A DNA stretch of 64,000 nt, from NCBI GenBank assembly GCA_964474135.1, contig CAYYRV010000002.1, positions 74,473 through 138,472 on the forward strand, read 5' to 3'. The stretch's first letter is position 1. Every line of letters begins with the position of its first letter. This document shows positions 28,582-37,760 of this stretch, piece after piece. A program made the translations under genes and the position numbers. The notes beneath the pieces are model-generated. The model was given only the letters and a program-made list of their open reading frames with translations. It had not been told where the DNA came from and did no database searches. Source of the DNA: an uncultured Defluviitaleaceae bacterium. GTDB lineage: Bacteria > Bacillota > Clostridia > Lachnospirales > CAYYRV01.

Positions 28582-29967
28582 ATGATGCGTTCTATGTTCT
28601 CCGGAGTTTCAGGGCTTCGGATTCATCAAACAAAAATGGATGTTATTGCAAATAACATCTCAAACGTAAACACTGTAGGGTTTAAATCAAGCAGGGTTAC
28701 GTTTAATGAAGTTTTTTATCAAACAACAGCAGGTGCAAGTGGTGCTAACGCTGAATCAGGGCGTGGAGGTGTTAACCCAACTCAAATCGGTTTGGGTGCA
28801 AGCGTTGCCTCTATTGATAAAAATATGACTCAAGGTGCTGCACAAAGAACTGATATTGCAACAGATGTTATGATTAATGGTGATGGGTTTTTTATTGTAG
28901 GAGATAACAGCGGAACATATTTTACTCGTGCCGGTGCTATGACTATAGATGATGAGGGTAACTTGGTTACTCCTACAGGCATGCGTGTTATGGGCTGGGA
29001 TACTGCAAAAGATGCTAATGGAAAATGGGTTGTTAATCAGGGAAATGTTAAACCTATTACTTTCTCTGGTGATAAACAATACGCTCCTCCGTCTCCTACT
29101 ACTAATATTGAGTTTGAAGGAAACTTAAATCCTGTTACTAATCCTACAAGAGAATCATCAATGGACTTTTATGATACTGTAGGTAATAGATATGTTGTTA
29201 ATGTGAAATATACTCTTAATGGTGCTGATTGGGATATGACTGTTGGCGATGTAGCATATATAGATGGTGATAAAACTAAGCCAGGTGTTAAAGTTGCAGT
29301 TGCTGGGCTTGCTTTAACTCTTACTGGTCCGCCTAATGTAGCCCCAGGAACTGAAGTAAAGTATACTGCTCTAGGAACAGGAAAGATATCATTTGATACA
29401 GAAGGAGATATAACGGGGGCACTGGGCAATAATAATATTGCTACAGACCCTGAGCTTAAAGTTCCGATTACAGTAACAGGTACTGGTTTAGTGCCAAACT
29501 CTACATTTGGTATAGGTGGTACTGTTACATTGAAATTTGGTAAGTTAAAACAGTATGTTGGTGAGTCAGCAAATGCGAAAGCTGTAAAAGTAGATGGTGC
29601 AAAACCTGGAACATTAAGCGGTCTTAGCATAGGAACAGACGGTATAATTACAGGGCGTTACAGTAACGGTACAACAAGACCTCTTAATCAAATACCTGTA
29701 GCAAGATTTAAAAACCCTGCTGGACTTGAAAAAATAGGTGATAACCTTTATGTTTCAACATCTAACTCCGGTGATTTTGACGGCGTTGGAGAAGACGTTC
29801 AAGGTGGTGGAGGAAGAATGATGGGCGGCGTTTTGGAAATGGCAAACGTTGACCTTGCAGCAGAATTTACAGATATGATTACTACACAAAGAGGTTTCCA
29901 AGCTAACTCAAGAATTATAACAACATCAGATGAAATGCTTAATGAGTTAGTTAATATTAAACGTTAA
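28582..29967 (+). CDS. flgE: Flagellar hook protein FlgE
   Basis: MRSMFSGVSGLR...NNISNVNTVGFK at the N-terminus. C-terminal TTQRGFQANSRIITTSDEML. Confidence 0.9.
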   Translation: MMRSMFSGVSGLRIHQTKMDVIANNISNVNTVGFKSSRVTFNEVFYQTTAGASGANAESGRGGVNPTQIGLGASVASIDKNMTQGAAQRTDIATDVMINGDGFFIVGDNSGTYFTRAGAMTIDDEGNLVTPTGMRVMGWDTAKDANGKWVVNQGNVKPITFSGDKQYAPPSPTTNIEFEGNLNPVTNPTRESSMDFYDTVGNRYVVNVKYTLNGADWDMTVGDVAYIDGDKTKPGVKVAVAGLALTLTGPPNVAPGTEVKYTALGTGKISFDTEGDITGALGNNNIATDPELKVPITVTGTGLVPNSTFGIGGTVTLKFGKLKQYVGESANAKAVKVDGAKPGTLSGLSIGTDGIITGRYSNGTTRPLNQIPVARFKNPAGLEKIGDNLYVSTSNSGDFDGVGEDVQGGGGRMMGGVLEMANVDLAAEFTDMITTQRGFQANSRIITTSDEMLNELVNIKR

Positions 29968-30041
29968 TTAAATTTTTAGATATACTTCTAAACTTTATAT
30001 ATTGAGCTTTTTTAAACCAATATACTTTATGCTCTTTTATT

Positions 30042-30090
30042 AAAAGTTTTGAAGGAGTTTGAGGAAACTTTTTCAAAAGTTTCCTCAAGG
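30042..30090 (+). repeat. Family-1 stem-loop repeat, forward, in the flgE-flbD gap
   Basis: AAAAGTTTTGAAGGAGTTTGAGGAAACTTTTTCAAAAGTTTCCTCAAGG, followed by TTTTAATATTTT. Confidence 0.9.
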
Positions 30091-30318
30091 TTTTAATATT
30101 TTAATATAACTTTTTATTTATAGTTTACTTAGGTTCAGCAAAACTTATTGGGGTTATTTTTAAAAATTATATTAAAATTTTTGTCAGTTAGGTTTGTATA
30201 TATATGTTATTTTTTATCAAAAAAATGTATAATGAAGCTTATTAAGAAATCAGAAAAATTTTTACAATAAACACTAATATTGCAGTAAGCTTTTAAATAC
30301 TTTTATTTTGGAGGGTAT

Positions 30319-30516
30319 ATGATATATATTACCAAGTTAAACGATAAGATGTTATTGATTAATTGCGACTTAATAGAAAGTATTGAGTCAAATCCGGATA
30401 CGACAATAACTATGACCACCGGGCGGAAAATTATTGCTAAGGAGTCAGTTGAAGAAATAATAGATAAAGTAATTGAATACAATAGAAAAATCTTTTCTAA
30501 TAAATCAAATAGTTAG
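30319..30516 (+). CDS. flbD: Flagellar protein FlbD
   Basis: 65 aa, ITKLNDKMLLINCDLIESIE..DTTITMTTG pattern. Precedes motA. Confidence 0.85.
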   Translation: MIYITKLNDKMLLINCDLIESIESNPDTTITMTTGRKIIAKESVEEIIDKVIEYNRKIFSNKSNS

Positions 30517-30528
30517 GAGGAAATTAAG

Positions 30529-31329
30529 TTGGATTTAGCTTCCCTTATTGGCATGATTGCCGGTTGGTTTTCTGTTATATTTTCTATATTATGGGCTGCG
30601 AATTTTCAGTTTGGAAATGCATTAGCTTTTATTGACCCACCTTCCATATTTATAGTTTTTGGAGGTACTATATCTGCTACTATGATATCTTTTCCTTTGC
30701 CGGCACTTTCCAATTCCATGAAAGCTGTAAAAAAAGTATTTTCTCCTCCTAAGGTTGACCCAGCCGGAGCTATAGAAAATATTATAAAATTAGCCAATTT
30801 AGCTAGAAAAGAAGGTATACTTGCTTTAGAAGAATCTGCAAGGGCTATGGAGGACGAATTTTTACAAAAAGGTATTATGCTTATAGTTGACGGTACAGAC
30901 CCAGAACTAACAAGAAACATCATGGAAACAGAACTTGCATATATTGAAAATAGGCATGGTGCAACAAGAGCTGTTTGGGAGTTTGTTGGTTCATCTGCAC
31001 CGGCATGGGGTATGATTGGTACTCTTATAGGGCTTATACTTATGCTTCAGCAGTTAAGTGACCCTAGTACAATAGGTCCTAAAATGGCGGTTGCCTTGAT
31101 AACTACATTTTATGGTTCTCTTATTGCAAACTTTATTGCAAACCCTTTTGCAAACAAACTAAAAGTTTATAGTAATGAGGAGGTTCTTATGAAGGAAGTT
31201 TTGATAGAAGGTATGTTGTCTATTCAAGCTGGTGAGAACCCAAGGATAATTGAAGAAAAATTAAAATCATTCCTTTCTCCTGCATTAAGAAGTAATGTTG
31301 GCGGAGGTAATCAGGCGGGTGAAAAATAA
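30529..31329 (+). CDS. motA: Flagellar stator protein MotA
   Basis: Four-TM MotA/TolQ/ExbB channel pattern. TTG start. Confidence 0.9.
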   Translation: MDLASLIGMIAGWFSVIFSILWAANFQFGNALAFIDPPSIFIVFGGTISATMISFPLPALSNSMKAVKKVFSPPKVDPAGAIENIIKLANLARKEGILALEESARAMEDEFLQKGIMLIVDGTDPELTRNIMETELAYIENRHGATRAVWEFVGSSAPAWGMIGTLIGLILMLQQLSDPSTIGPKMAVALITTFYGSLIANFIANPFANKLKVYSNEEVLMKEVLIEGMLSIQAGENPRIIEEKLKSFLSPALRSNVGGGNQAGEK

Positions 31330-32102
31330 TGGCAGTTAAAAAGAAGCCCGAGGAAGTAAAGGCAGGAGCACCGGAGTATATGAATACATATGGTGACCTT
31401 GTTACACTTTTACTATGTTTCTTTGTTTTACTTTTTGCTATGTCTACTGTAGATGCCGCAAAGTTTGAGGCTATGGTTAATTCTTTTTCGATAAATAGCC
31501 CTATAAGTGTAGTTGTTAGTGGTGGAAAGGAAACTGTTTTTGATTTATATGGTAGTGGCATAATGCAAATGCCTACTATTGAACAAATCGTTAATGCAGA
31601 TAACATTGAGGAGTTAAAAAAAGCTCAAGATGCACAACAGGAGCTTTCTCAAATGTCATCGGATTTTAAAACTTATTTTGCAGAGAATAATGTTGCCGAG
31701 CAAATTCAAGTAGAGGTTAAAGACCAGACTATAGTTTTAACCTTTAAAGAAGGGGTTTTGTTTGACTCCGGTAAGGATGCACTTAAACAATCTGCAAGAG
31801 GCGTTTTGGATATTGTTGTAGAGCAACTTTCTCAGTATCCTGATAATGATATAGAAGTACAAGGAAATACAGATACAGACCCTATTAATACTATCCAATT
31901 CCCAAGCAATTGGCATTTATCATCTAGTAGGGCTATAGCAGTAGGGCAATATTTTATAGAAGAAAAGGGATTTTCGCCTGAACGGTTAAGAATGCTTGGA
32001 AGAGGGCAATACAATCCTGTAGCCCCTAATGACACTATTGAAAATAAAGCAAAAAATAGGCGAGTTGAAATAATAATAAAAAGCAGAGAATATTCTGACT
32101 AA
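31329..32102 (+). CDS. motB: Flagellar stator protein MotB (OmpA-like C-terminus)
   Basis: N-terminal TM helix with YGDLVTLLLCFF. C-terminal NRRVEIII. Confidence 0.9.
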   Translation: MAVKKKPEEVKAGAPEYMNTYGDLVTLLLCFFVLLFAMSTVDAAKFEAMVNSFSINSPISVVVSGGKETVFDLYGSGIMQMPTIEQIVNADNIEELKKAQDAQQELSQMSSDFKTYFAENNVAEQIQVEVKDQTIVLTFKEGVLFDSGKDALKQSARGVLDIVVEQLSQYPDNDIEVQGNTDTDPINTIQFPSNWHLSSSRAIAVGQYFIEEKGFSPERLRMLGRGQYNPVAPNDTIENKAKNRRVEIIIKSREYSD

Positions 32103-32142
32103 TAATAAGTTTTATAGCTTACAAAGCTTTAATATACCAGTT

Positions 32143-32652
32143 ATGAAGGGGAGAACAGAATTGGAGAAAAATAAAATTTTGATGGTAGTTATTATTGCAC
32201 TTCTTGTAATACTTTTGGCTGCAATAGCATTTTTGGGCTTTTCGGTTTCTAAATTTTTGAGTGGCCCTAAAGACGACAATACAGAAGTAACAGATACAAC
32301 AGAAATATCTGTACCTGTAGATAAAATTCAAACAGTAAATTTAAGCAGACCTATTGCAACAAATCTTCTTAAAGGTGCTGACGGAGCTTCTCATAATATA
32401 AGTGTTAACCCTGTTATAGGAGTTAATATTACTAATAAAAAAGAGGGCGAAAAAATAGTTACCCTTCTTACAGAAAAAGAAAGTATAGTACGTGACATTT
32501 GCGGCGATATAGTAAGGAGTAAAACTTACGAGGAATTATCTAGACCGGATGGAAAAGATTTATTATGTCAGGAAATTTTAGAGAGGCTGCAAGAAGAATT
32601 TTCAAGCGATTTGATTTATCAAGTTTATGCTGATGATTTTATTTTGCCATAA
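32143..32652 (+). CDS. fliL: Flagellar basal body-associated protein FliL
   Basis: Single TM helix, position before fliM. An in-frame TTG at 32161 has a better SD (AAGGGGAG), so the start is uncertain. Confidence 0.75.
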   Translation: MKGRTELEKNKILMVVIIALLVILLAAIAFLGFSVSKFLSGPKDDNTEVTDTTEISVPVDKIQTVNLSRPIATNLLKGADGASHNISVNPVIGVNITNKKEGEKIVTLLTEKESIVRDICGDIVRSKTYEELSRPDGKDLLCQEILERLQEEFSSDLIYQVYADDFILP

Positions 32653-32690
32653 ATAACTCATTTAAGTAAATATATTCGGTAGGTGAAAAT

Positions 32691-33677
32691 ATGGGCGATA
32701 TATTATCTCAAAAAGAGATTGATGAGCTACTAAAAGCTTTTAACAGCGGTAACGCAGAAGATATTGTGATTTCAGAAAAAAAAGACTCAAAACAAGCTAA
32801 AGATTACAATTTTGCACGCCCCTCAAAATTTAATAAAGACCAGTTGCATACTCTAGAAATAATTTTTGAAAGTTATTCAAGGTTGGTTTCATCATTTTTG
32901 ACAGGGTATTTAAGAACTGCTTGCCAAATAGAAGTGGCAAATGCAGAGCAAATGACGTATAATGAATTTAACAACTCTTTAGTAAACCCTGTTGTATTGG
33001 GGCTTTTAGAGTTTCAGCCTTTAAAGGGCTCAATTATGCTTGAATTATCCGCAAATATAGGTTATGCTATAATAGATAGGATTTTGGGTGGTCCCGGCGT
33101 AGGTATGAAAAAACTTCGTGATTTTTCTGAGATTGAGAAGATATTGCTTGACAGAGTTGTTTCTCAAATGCTTACTTATTTACCTGAACCATGGGAAAAT
33201 GTGGTTAAAATAAAACCTAGACTTGATAAAATAGAAACAAATTCTCAGTTTGCTCAAATTATATCTCCAAACGAGATGATTGCCCTTGTTACTTTAAGCA
33301 TAAAAATCGGAAGTTCAGAAGGCATGATAAACTTTTGTATTCCTCATCTTGTTATCGAACCTATTATGGATAGGTTATATACTAAGTTTTGGTTTGAACA
33401 GAACTTTTCGCAGTCTGTTCAGGAAACGTACAGAGATGATTTGGAGAATCAGCTTGAAAAAGCATTTGTTCCTATTACTGCTGTAGTTGGTAAAACAACT
33501 ATTACAGTTAATGATTTCGTTAATCTTCAAGTGGGTGATATTATACCGCTTGATTCTTATATTACTTCAGATTTGAGAGTTATGGTTGGCAGTTTGTTGA
33601 AATTTTATGGAAAACCGGGTATCAACAGAGGGAAAAATGCCATTCAAATTACTTCATTTGTAGAGAAGGAGGAATAG
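32691..33677 (+). CDS. fliM: Flagellar motor switch protein FliM
   Basis: N-terminal LSQKEIDELL CheY-P binding motif. Confidence 0.95.
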   Translation: MGDILSQKEIDELLKAFNSGNAEDIVISEKKDSKQAKDYNFARPSKFNKDQLHTLEIIFESYSRLVSSFLTGYLRTACQIEVANAEQMTYNEFNNSLVNPVVLGLLEFQPLKGSIMLELSANIGYAIIDRILGGPGVGMKKLRDFSEIEKILLDRVVSQMLTYLPEPWENVVKIKPRLDKIETNSQFAQIISPNEMIALVTLSIKIGSSEGMINFCIPHLVIEPIMDRLYTKFWFEQNFSQSVQETYRDDLENQLEKAFVPITAVVGKTTITVNDFVNLQVGDIIPLDSYITSDLRVMVGSLLKFYGKPGINRGKNAIQITSFVEKEE

Positions 33678-33681
33678 CAAA

Positions 33682-34965
33682 ATGGGAGACATGCTTTCGC
33701 AAGACGAAATAAACGCATTGCTTGGCGGTATAAACCCCTCTGATGTTGCTCTTGATGAGGAAGCAGAAGTGAATGGATATACTGATGATACACTTACTGA
33801 TGAACATAAAGATATTTTAGGAGAAATTGGAAATATCAGTATGGGTACTTCGGCAACAACTTTGTTTGCTCTGCTTGGTCAAAAAGTTATAATAAATACA
33901 CCTAAGGTTAGCACTATAACTTGGCAGGAGATGACTGAGAGTTACGACAGACCGTGCGTAGGAATACGTGTAGATTATAAGGAAGGGCTGGAAGGCTCTA
34001 ATATACTGATATTAAAAGAACATGACGTTAAAATAATTTCTAATTTGATGATGGGTGGAAACGGTCAAGTAGAAGATGAGGTAGAATTATCAGAAATTGA
34101 CTTAAGTGCTATTGGTGAGGCAATGAATCAAATGGTTGGTTCATCCTCTACCTCTATTTCTTCAATGATTAATAGGAAAATAGATATAGACACACCACAT
34201 GCATTTTTATTGGATTTTGAAGAAGTAGGAACGTTTTTTAATGAAGTTGGGTTTTCGCCCGACGAAATAATAGTATGTGTAAGGTTTAAAATGCAGATTG
34301 GAACACTTATAGATAGTGAGATTATGCAAATATTGCCAAAGGAGTTTGCTATAGAGATGGTTGAGACTCTTAAAAAAGAAATGATGTCGACTGCATCACC
34401 CCAAGATGAAGAAAAACAACTTTTTGATGATATTACGGCTCAAGAGGGGAATAACATTCCACCAACGCCTTCTCAGGCTCAATATGGTGCTCCTCCGCAA
34501 CAGCCATATGGTATGCCACCACAACAGCAATATGGTATGCCTCCGCAACAGCCATATGGTGTGCCACCACAGCAACAATATAATGTACCTCCGCAGCAAC
34601 CATATGGAAGTGCTGTACCACCATATAATCAATATACACAAAATCAGATGAACCAAGATTACAATGTGAAGCCAGCACAATTTCAAAATTTTGATGTTTC
34701 TGCTGTTATGCAGCAAAAGGAGAACATTGATATAATAATGGATGTTCCTTTGGAGGTTACTGTTGAGTTAGGCAGAACAAACAAAAAAATTAGAGAAATT
34801 CTTGAATTTTCTCCAGGAACTATTATTGAATTAGATAAATTGGCTGGAGAACCTATAGATATTTTAGTAAATGGTAAGTTTGTTGCTAAAGGTGAAGTTG
34901 TAGTTATTGATGAAAATTTTGGTATAAGAATTACTGATATAATAAGCCCAGAAAAGAGAATATAA
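33682..34965 (+). CDS. fliY: Flagellar motor switch protein FliY (CheC-like N-terminal half plus FliN C-terminal domain)
   Basis: LSQDEINALL, CheC-like region, C-terminal FliN/SpoA domain. Contains an internal P/Q-rich repeat. Confidence 0.9.
   Translation: MGDMLSQDEINALLGGINPSDVALDEEAEVNGYTDDTLTDEHKDILGEIGNISMGTSATTLFALLGQKVIINTPKVSTITWQEMTESYDRPCVGIRVDYKEGLEGSNILILKEHDVKIISNLMMGGNGQVEDEVELSEIDLSAIGEAMNQMVGSSSTSISSMINRKIDIDTPHAFLLDFEEVGTFFNEVGFSPDEIIVCVRFKMQIGTLIDSEIMQILPKEFAIEMVETLKKEMMSTASPQDEEKQLFDDITAQEGNNIPPTPSQAQYGAPPQQPYGMPPQQQYGMPPQQPYGVPPQQQYNVPPQQPYGSAVPPYNQYTQNQMNQDYNVKPAQFQNFDVSAVMQQKENIDIIMDVPLEVTVELGRTNKKIREILEFSPGTIIELDKLAGEPIDILVNGKFVAKGEVVVIDENFGIRITDIISPEKRI
34492..34611 (+). 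repeat. In-frame tandem repeat, 5 x 24 nt (PPQQ[PQ]YG[MV]), inside fliY
   Basis: Units 1 and 3 are CCTCCGCAACAGCCATATGGT(A/G)TG. Units 2 and 4 are CCACCACA(A/G)CA(G/A)CAATAT... This gives a 48-nt super-period. Confidence 0.85.
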
Positions 34966-34988
34966 TCGTAATTGAGGAGTGATTTATA

Positions 34989-35354
34989 ATGTCGGATAAA
35001 ACAATACTTTTGGTAGATGATGCAGCATTTATGCGTATGATGTTAAAAGACATTTTAACTAAAAATGGATATAATGTTGTTGGTGAGGCTGAAAACGGTG
35101 TAAAAGCTATAGAAAAATATAAAGAGTTAAAACCAAGCCTTGTTATACTTGATATTACAATGCCTGAAATGGATGGTATCCAAGCTGCAAAAGGTATAAA
35201 AGCTGAGGACGCTAATGCACTTATAATAATGTGCTCTGCTATGGGGCAACAAGCAATGGTTATTGAATCTATTCAGGCTGGTGCTAGAGATTTTATTGTT
35301 AAGCCATTTCAACCTGATAGAGTTTTAGAGGCTGTTCAAAAGGTTATAGGTTAA
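34989..35354 (+). CDS. cheY: Chemotaxis response regulator CheY
   Basis: 121-aa receiver domain: DD, DITMPEMDG, K at the conserved position. Confidence 0.9.
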   Translation: MSDKTILLVDDAAFMRMMLKDILTKNGYNVVGEAENGVKAIEKYKELKPSLVILDITMPEMDGIQAAKGIKAEDANALIIMCSAMGQQAMVIESIQAGARDFIVKPFQPDRVLEAVQKVIG

Positions 35355-35366
35355 AGAAGGTATTAA

Positions 35367-35801
35367 ATGTACTTACAATTTATGATGCTTTTACAAAAAT
35401 CGCAAAACTATAACTCTAACCAAACAGAAGTTAACTGGTCTAATTCCTTTGCGTCAATAGGCCAGTTTTTTTACCTTTTGTTAATATTCTCTTTTGTTAT
35501 AATTTTAGCTTATTACTCTACAAGATTTATTGCGTCAAGCAGATTCTCAAGCAGATATTTAAAAAAAGGGAGTGCTAATATTAATATAATTGAGACTGCC
35601 TTTGTTGGACAACAAAGTAGTATTCAGCTCGTTAAAGTTGGCGAAAAATATTTTATCATAGGTGTGACAAAAGAACAGATTAATTATTTGACAGAGGTTA
35701 GTAAAGAAGATGTTGTTATTGCCGAAGAGCAAGAGCAGATAAACAGAATTCCTTTTGAAAAATATTTAAACCAGTTCTTACCTAAGAAAAAAGACCAATA
35801 A
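35367..35801 (+). CDS. Flagellar biosynthesis protein FliO/FliZ
   Basis: Single-TM small protein directly upstream of fliP. True start may be further in. Confidence 0.6.
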   Translation: MYLQFMMLLQKSQNYNSNQTEVNWSNSFASIGQFFYLLLIFSFVIILAYYSTRFIASSRFSSRYLKKGSANINIIETAFVGQQSSIQLVKVGEKYFIIGVTKEQINYLTEVSKEDVVIAEEQEQINRIPFEKYLNQFLPKKKDQ

Positions 35802-35816
35802 TTGGGAGTGGGCTTG

Positions 35817-36578
35817 ATGAATAAAACTAAAAAAAGTATATTTTTGTTTATAATTATTTTTCTGCTAACCATGACTTGCTTTAGCATAACCGCTTATTGT
35901 TCTGAGACTATACCAGGATTTACTATTACCTCGTCAGATAACCCAGATGCTGTTGTTTCTTCATTGCAGCTTTTCTTTATGCTGACGTTAGTAGCATTAA
36001 TTCCTTTTTTGTTACTTATGATGACTAGTTTTACACGTATTATTATTACGTTGCATTTTTTGCGTTCTGCTCTTGGAACACAGCAAATGCCTCCTAGTCA
36101 AATTCTTGTAGGTATAGCATTATTTCTAACGCTTTTTATAATGGGTCCTATATTTACAGAAATTAATGATACAGCAATTAAACCATACTCAGAACAAAAA
36201 ATCTCTCAGGAAGAAGCTATGGAACTGGCTATGGAACCGTTAAGAGAGTTTATGTTTGACCAAGTTGAAGTTAAGGACATGAAGCTTTTTACTGAATTAT
36301 CCGGAAAGACATATGAAACGCAGGAGGATATACCTAATAGTGTTCTTATACCGGCTTTTATGTTAGGTGAGCTTACAAAAGGTTTTATTATGGGATTCGC
36401 AATTTATATTCCTTTTCTTGTTATAGATATGATTGTTGCTTCTGTACTTATGGCAATGGGTATGATGATGCTTCCGCCAGCAATGATTTCTCTGCCTTTT
36501 AAATTATTGCTTTTTATTATGGTAGATGGCTGGAGTCTTATTATACAAGGCGTTGTTAGAACTTTCTATGAAAGGTGA
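35817..36578 (+). CDS. fliP: Flagellar export apparatus protein FliP
   Basis: Conserved FTRIIITLHFLRSALGTQQMPP. Start moved from TTG 35802 to ATG 35817, after a GGGAG SD. Confidence 0.95.
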   Translation: MNKTKKSIFLFIIIFLLTMTCFSITAYCSETIPGFTITSSDNPDAVVSSLQLFFMLTLVALIPFLLLMMTSFTRIIITLHFLRSALGTQQMPPSQILVGIALFLTLFIMGPIFTEINDTAIKPYSEQKISQEEAMELAMEPLREFMFDQVEVKDMKLFTELSGKTYETQEDIPNSVLIPAFMLGELTKGFIMGFAIYIPFLVIDMIVASVLMAMGMMMLPPAMISLPFKLLLFIMVDGWSLIIQGVVRTFYER

Positions 36579-36591
36579 GGGGGCTTGTTAG

Positions 36592-36867
36592 ATGACTCAA
36601 GATACTGTAATTACATTAATCCAGCAAGGCGTTTTCACAATTATTATGGTTGCTGCCCCCCCTTTACTTATGGGTCTTACTGTTGGTATACTTGTTAGTG
36701 TTTTTCAGGCAGTTACGTCTATTCAGGAACAGACACTTGCATTTATACCTAAAATATTAGCTGTTTTGTTTTCCTTAATTATTTTTGGTCCATTTATGCT
36801 GGGAACTTTACAGGAATTTATTACCACTTTATTTGAAAGCATACCAGAACTTATTAAGCCTAGATAA
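36592..36867 (+). CDS. fliQ: Flagellar export apparatus protein FliQ
   Basis: 91 aa, two TM helices, position. Confidence 0.95.
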   Translation: MTQDTVITLIQQGVFTIIMVAAPPLLMGLTVGILVSVFQAVTSIQEQTLAFIPKILAVLFSLIIFGPFMLGTLQEFITTLFESIPELIKPR

Positions 36868-36880
36868 TTTTTAATATTTT

Positions 36881-36902
36881 GGGGCTTTTAGTCACAAGCC
36901 CC
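36881..36902. repeat. GGGGCT/AGCCCC hairpin module in the fliQ-fliR gap
   Basis: TTTTGGGGCTT-TTAGTCAC-AAGCCCC. Same module type as at 8460, 47989, 59953 and 63371. Confidence 0.6.
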
Positions 36903-36956
36903 GATTTGAAAGTATTTTCCCTAATTTATTTCTGAAAATAAAAATGAGGATTACAA

Positions 36957-37760
36957 ATGGATTCTATAGGTACATTATTTTTAGTAGAGTTTTTTTCAAA
37001 AATTGATATATTTTTAGTAATTTTTATTAGAATTATTGCCTTTTTTATTGTTTTGCCTGTTGTATCCGGTAGGAATATTCCTACTACAGGTAAGATTATC
37101 CTTTCTGTCTCTATTGCGTATTTATTGTTTAAATCTGAAATAGTTACTTCCGTTAATTATCATGATACTGTTGTTGGATATTTTATGCTCTTAATAAAAG
37201 AGTTTTTCATCGGATTTACAATGGGATTCGTTGTTTTTTTGATTTTCAATATAATGTATTTTGCTGGGCAATTAATTGACTATCAAATAGGTTTTTCTAT
37301 GGTAAACGTTTTCGACCCTATTTCGCAAATACAAGTGCCTATTGTGGGAAACATGCTTTATTTAATAGCTTCTGTTTTATTTATACAAACAGGAGGGTTT
37401 CATACTTTTATATTTGCTATGGCTAATAGCTTTACAGAAATACCTATTGGTTCTGCAATGATTGTAGAAAATCAACAGCTATTACTATATATTGTAGGTC
37501 TATTAGTAGATTTCTTTGTTATATCATTTAAACTTGCACTGCCTATCGTTGGTTCAATTTTAATAATTGATGTTGCATTAGGTATTCTTGTTAAAGCTGT
37601 TCCCCAAATGAATGTTTTCGTAGTTGGTATGCCTCTAAAGGTTTTAGCCGGATTTATTTTGTTATATTTCCTAATTCCGTCGATTGTTGAGTTTTTTGAT
37701 GTTATTTATGAGGCGGCTTCTAAGACGATTGTAAATGTGATTGGAGGATTTGCTCCATGA
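36957..37760 (+). CDS. fliR: Flagellar export apparatus protein FliR
   Basis: Polytopic 267-aa membrane protein between fliQ and flhB. Confidence 0.9.
   Translation: MDSIGTLFLVEFFSKIDIFLVIFIRIIAFFIVLPVVSGRNIPTTGKIILSVSIAYLLFKSEIVTSVNYHDTVVGYFMLLIKEFFIGFTMGFVVFLIFNIMYFAGQLIDYQIGFSMVNVFDPISQIQVPIVGNMLYLIASVLFIQTGGFHTFIFAMANSFTEIPIGSAMIVENQQLLLYIVGLLVDFFVISFKLALPIVGSILIIDVALGILVKAVPQMNVFVVGMPLKVLAGFILLYFLIPSIVEFFDVIYEAASKTIVNVIGGFAP

Noticed and set aside
34396-34716. Three overlapping ORFs (34396-34716 minus, 34406-34651 plus, 34433-34678 minus) with repetitive H/W/L-rich translations
   Set aside because: They are alternative-frame readings of the 24-nt tandem repeat inside fliY, not genes.
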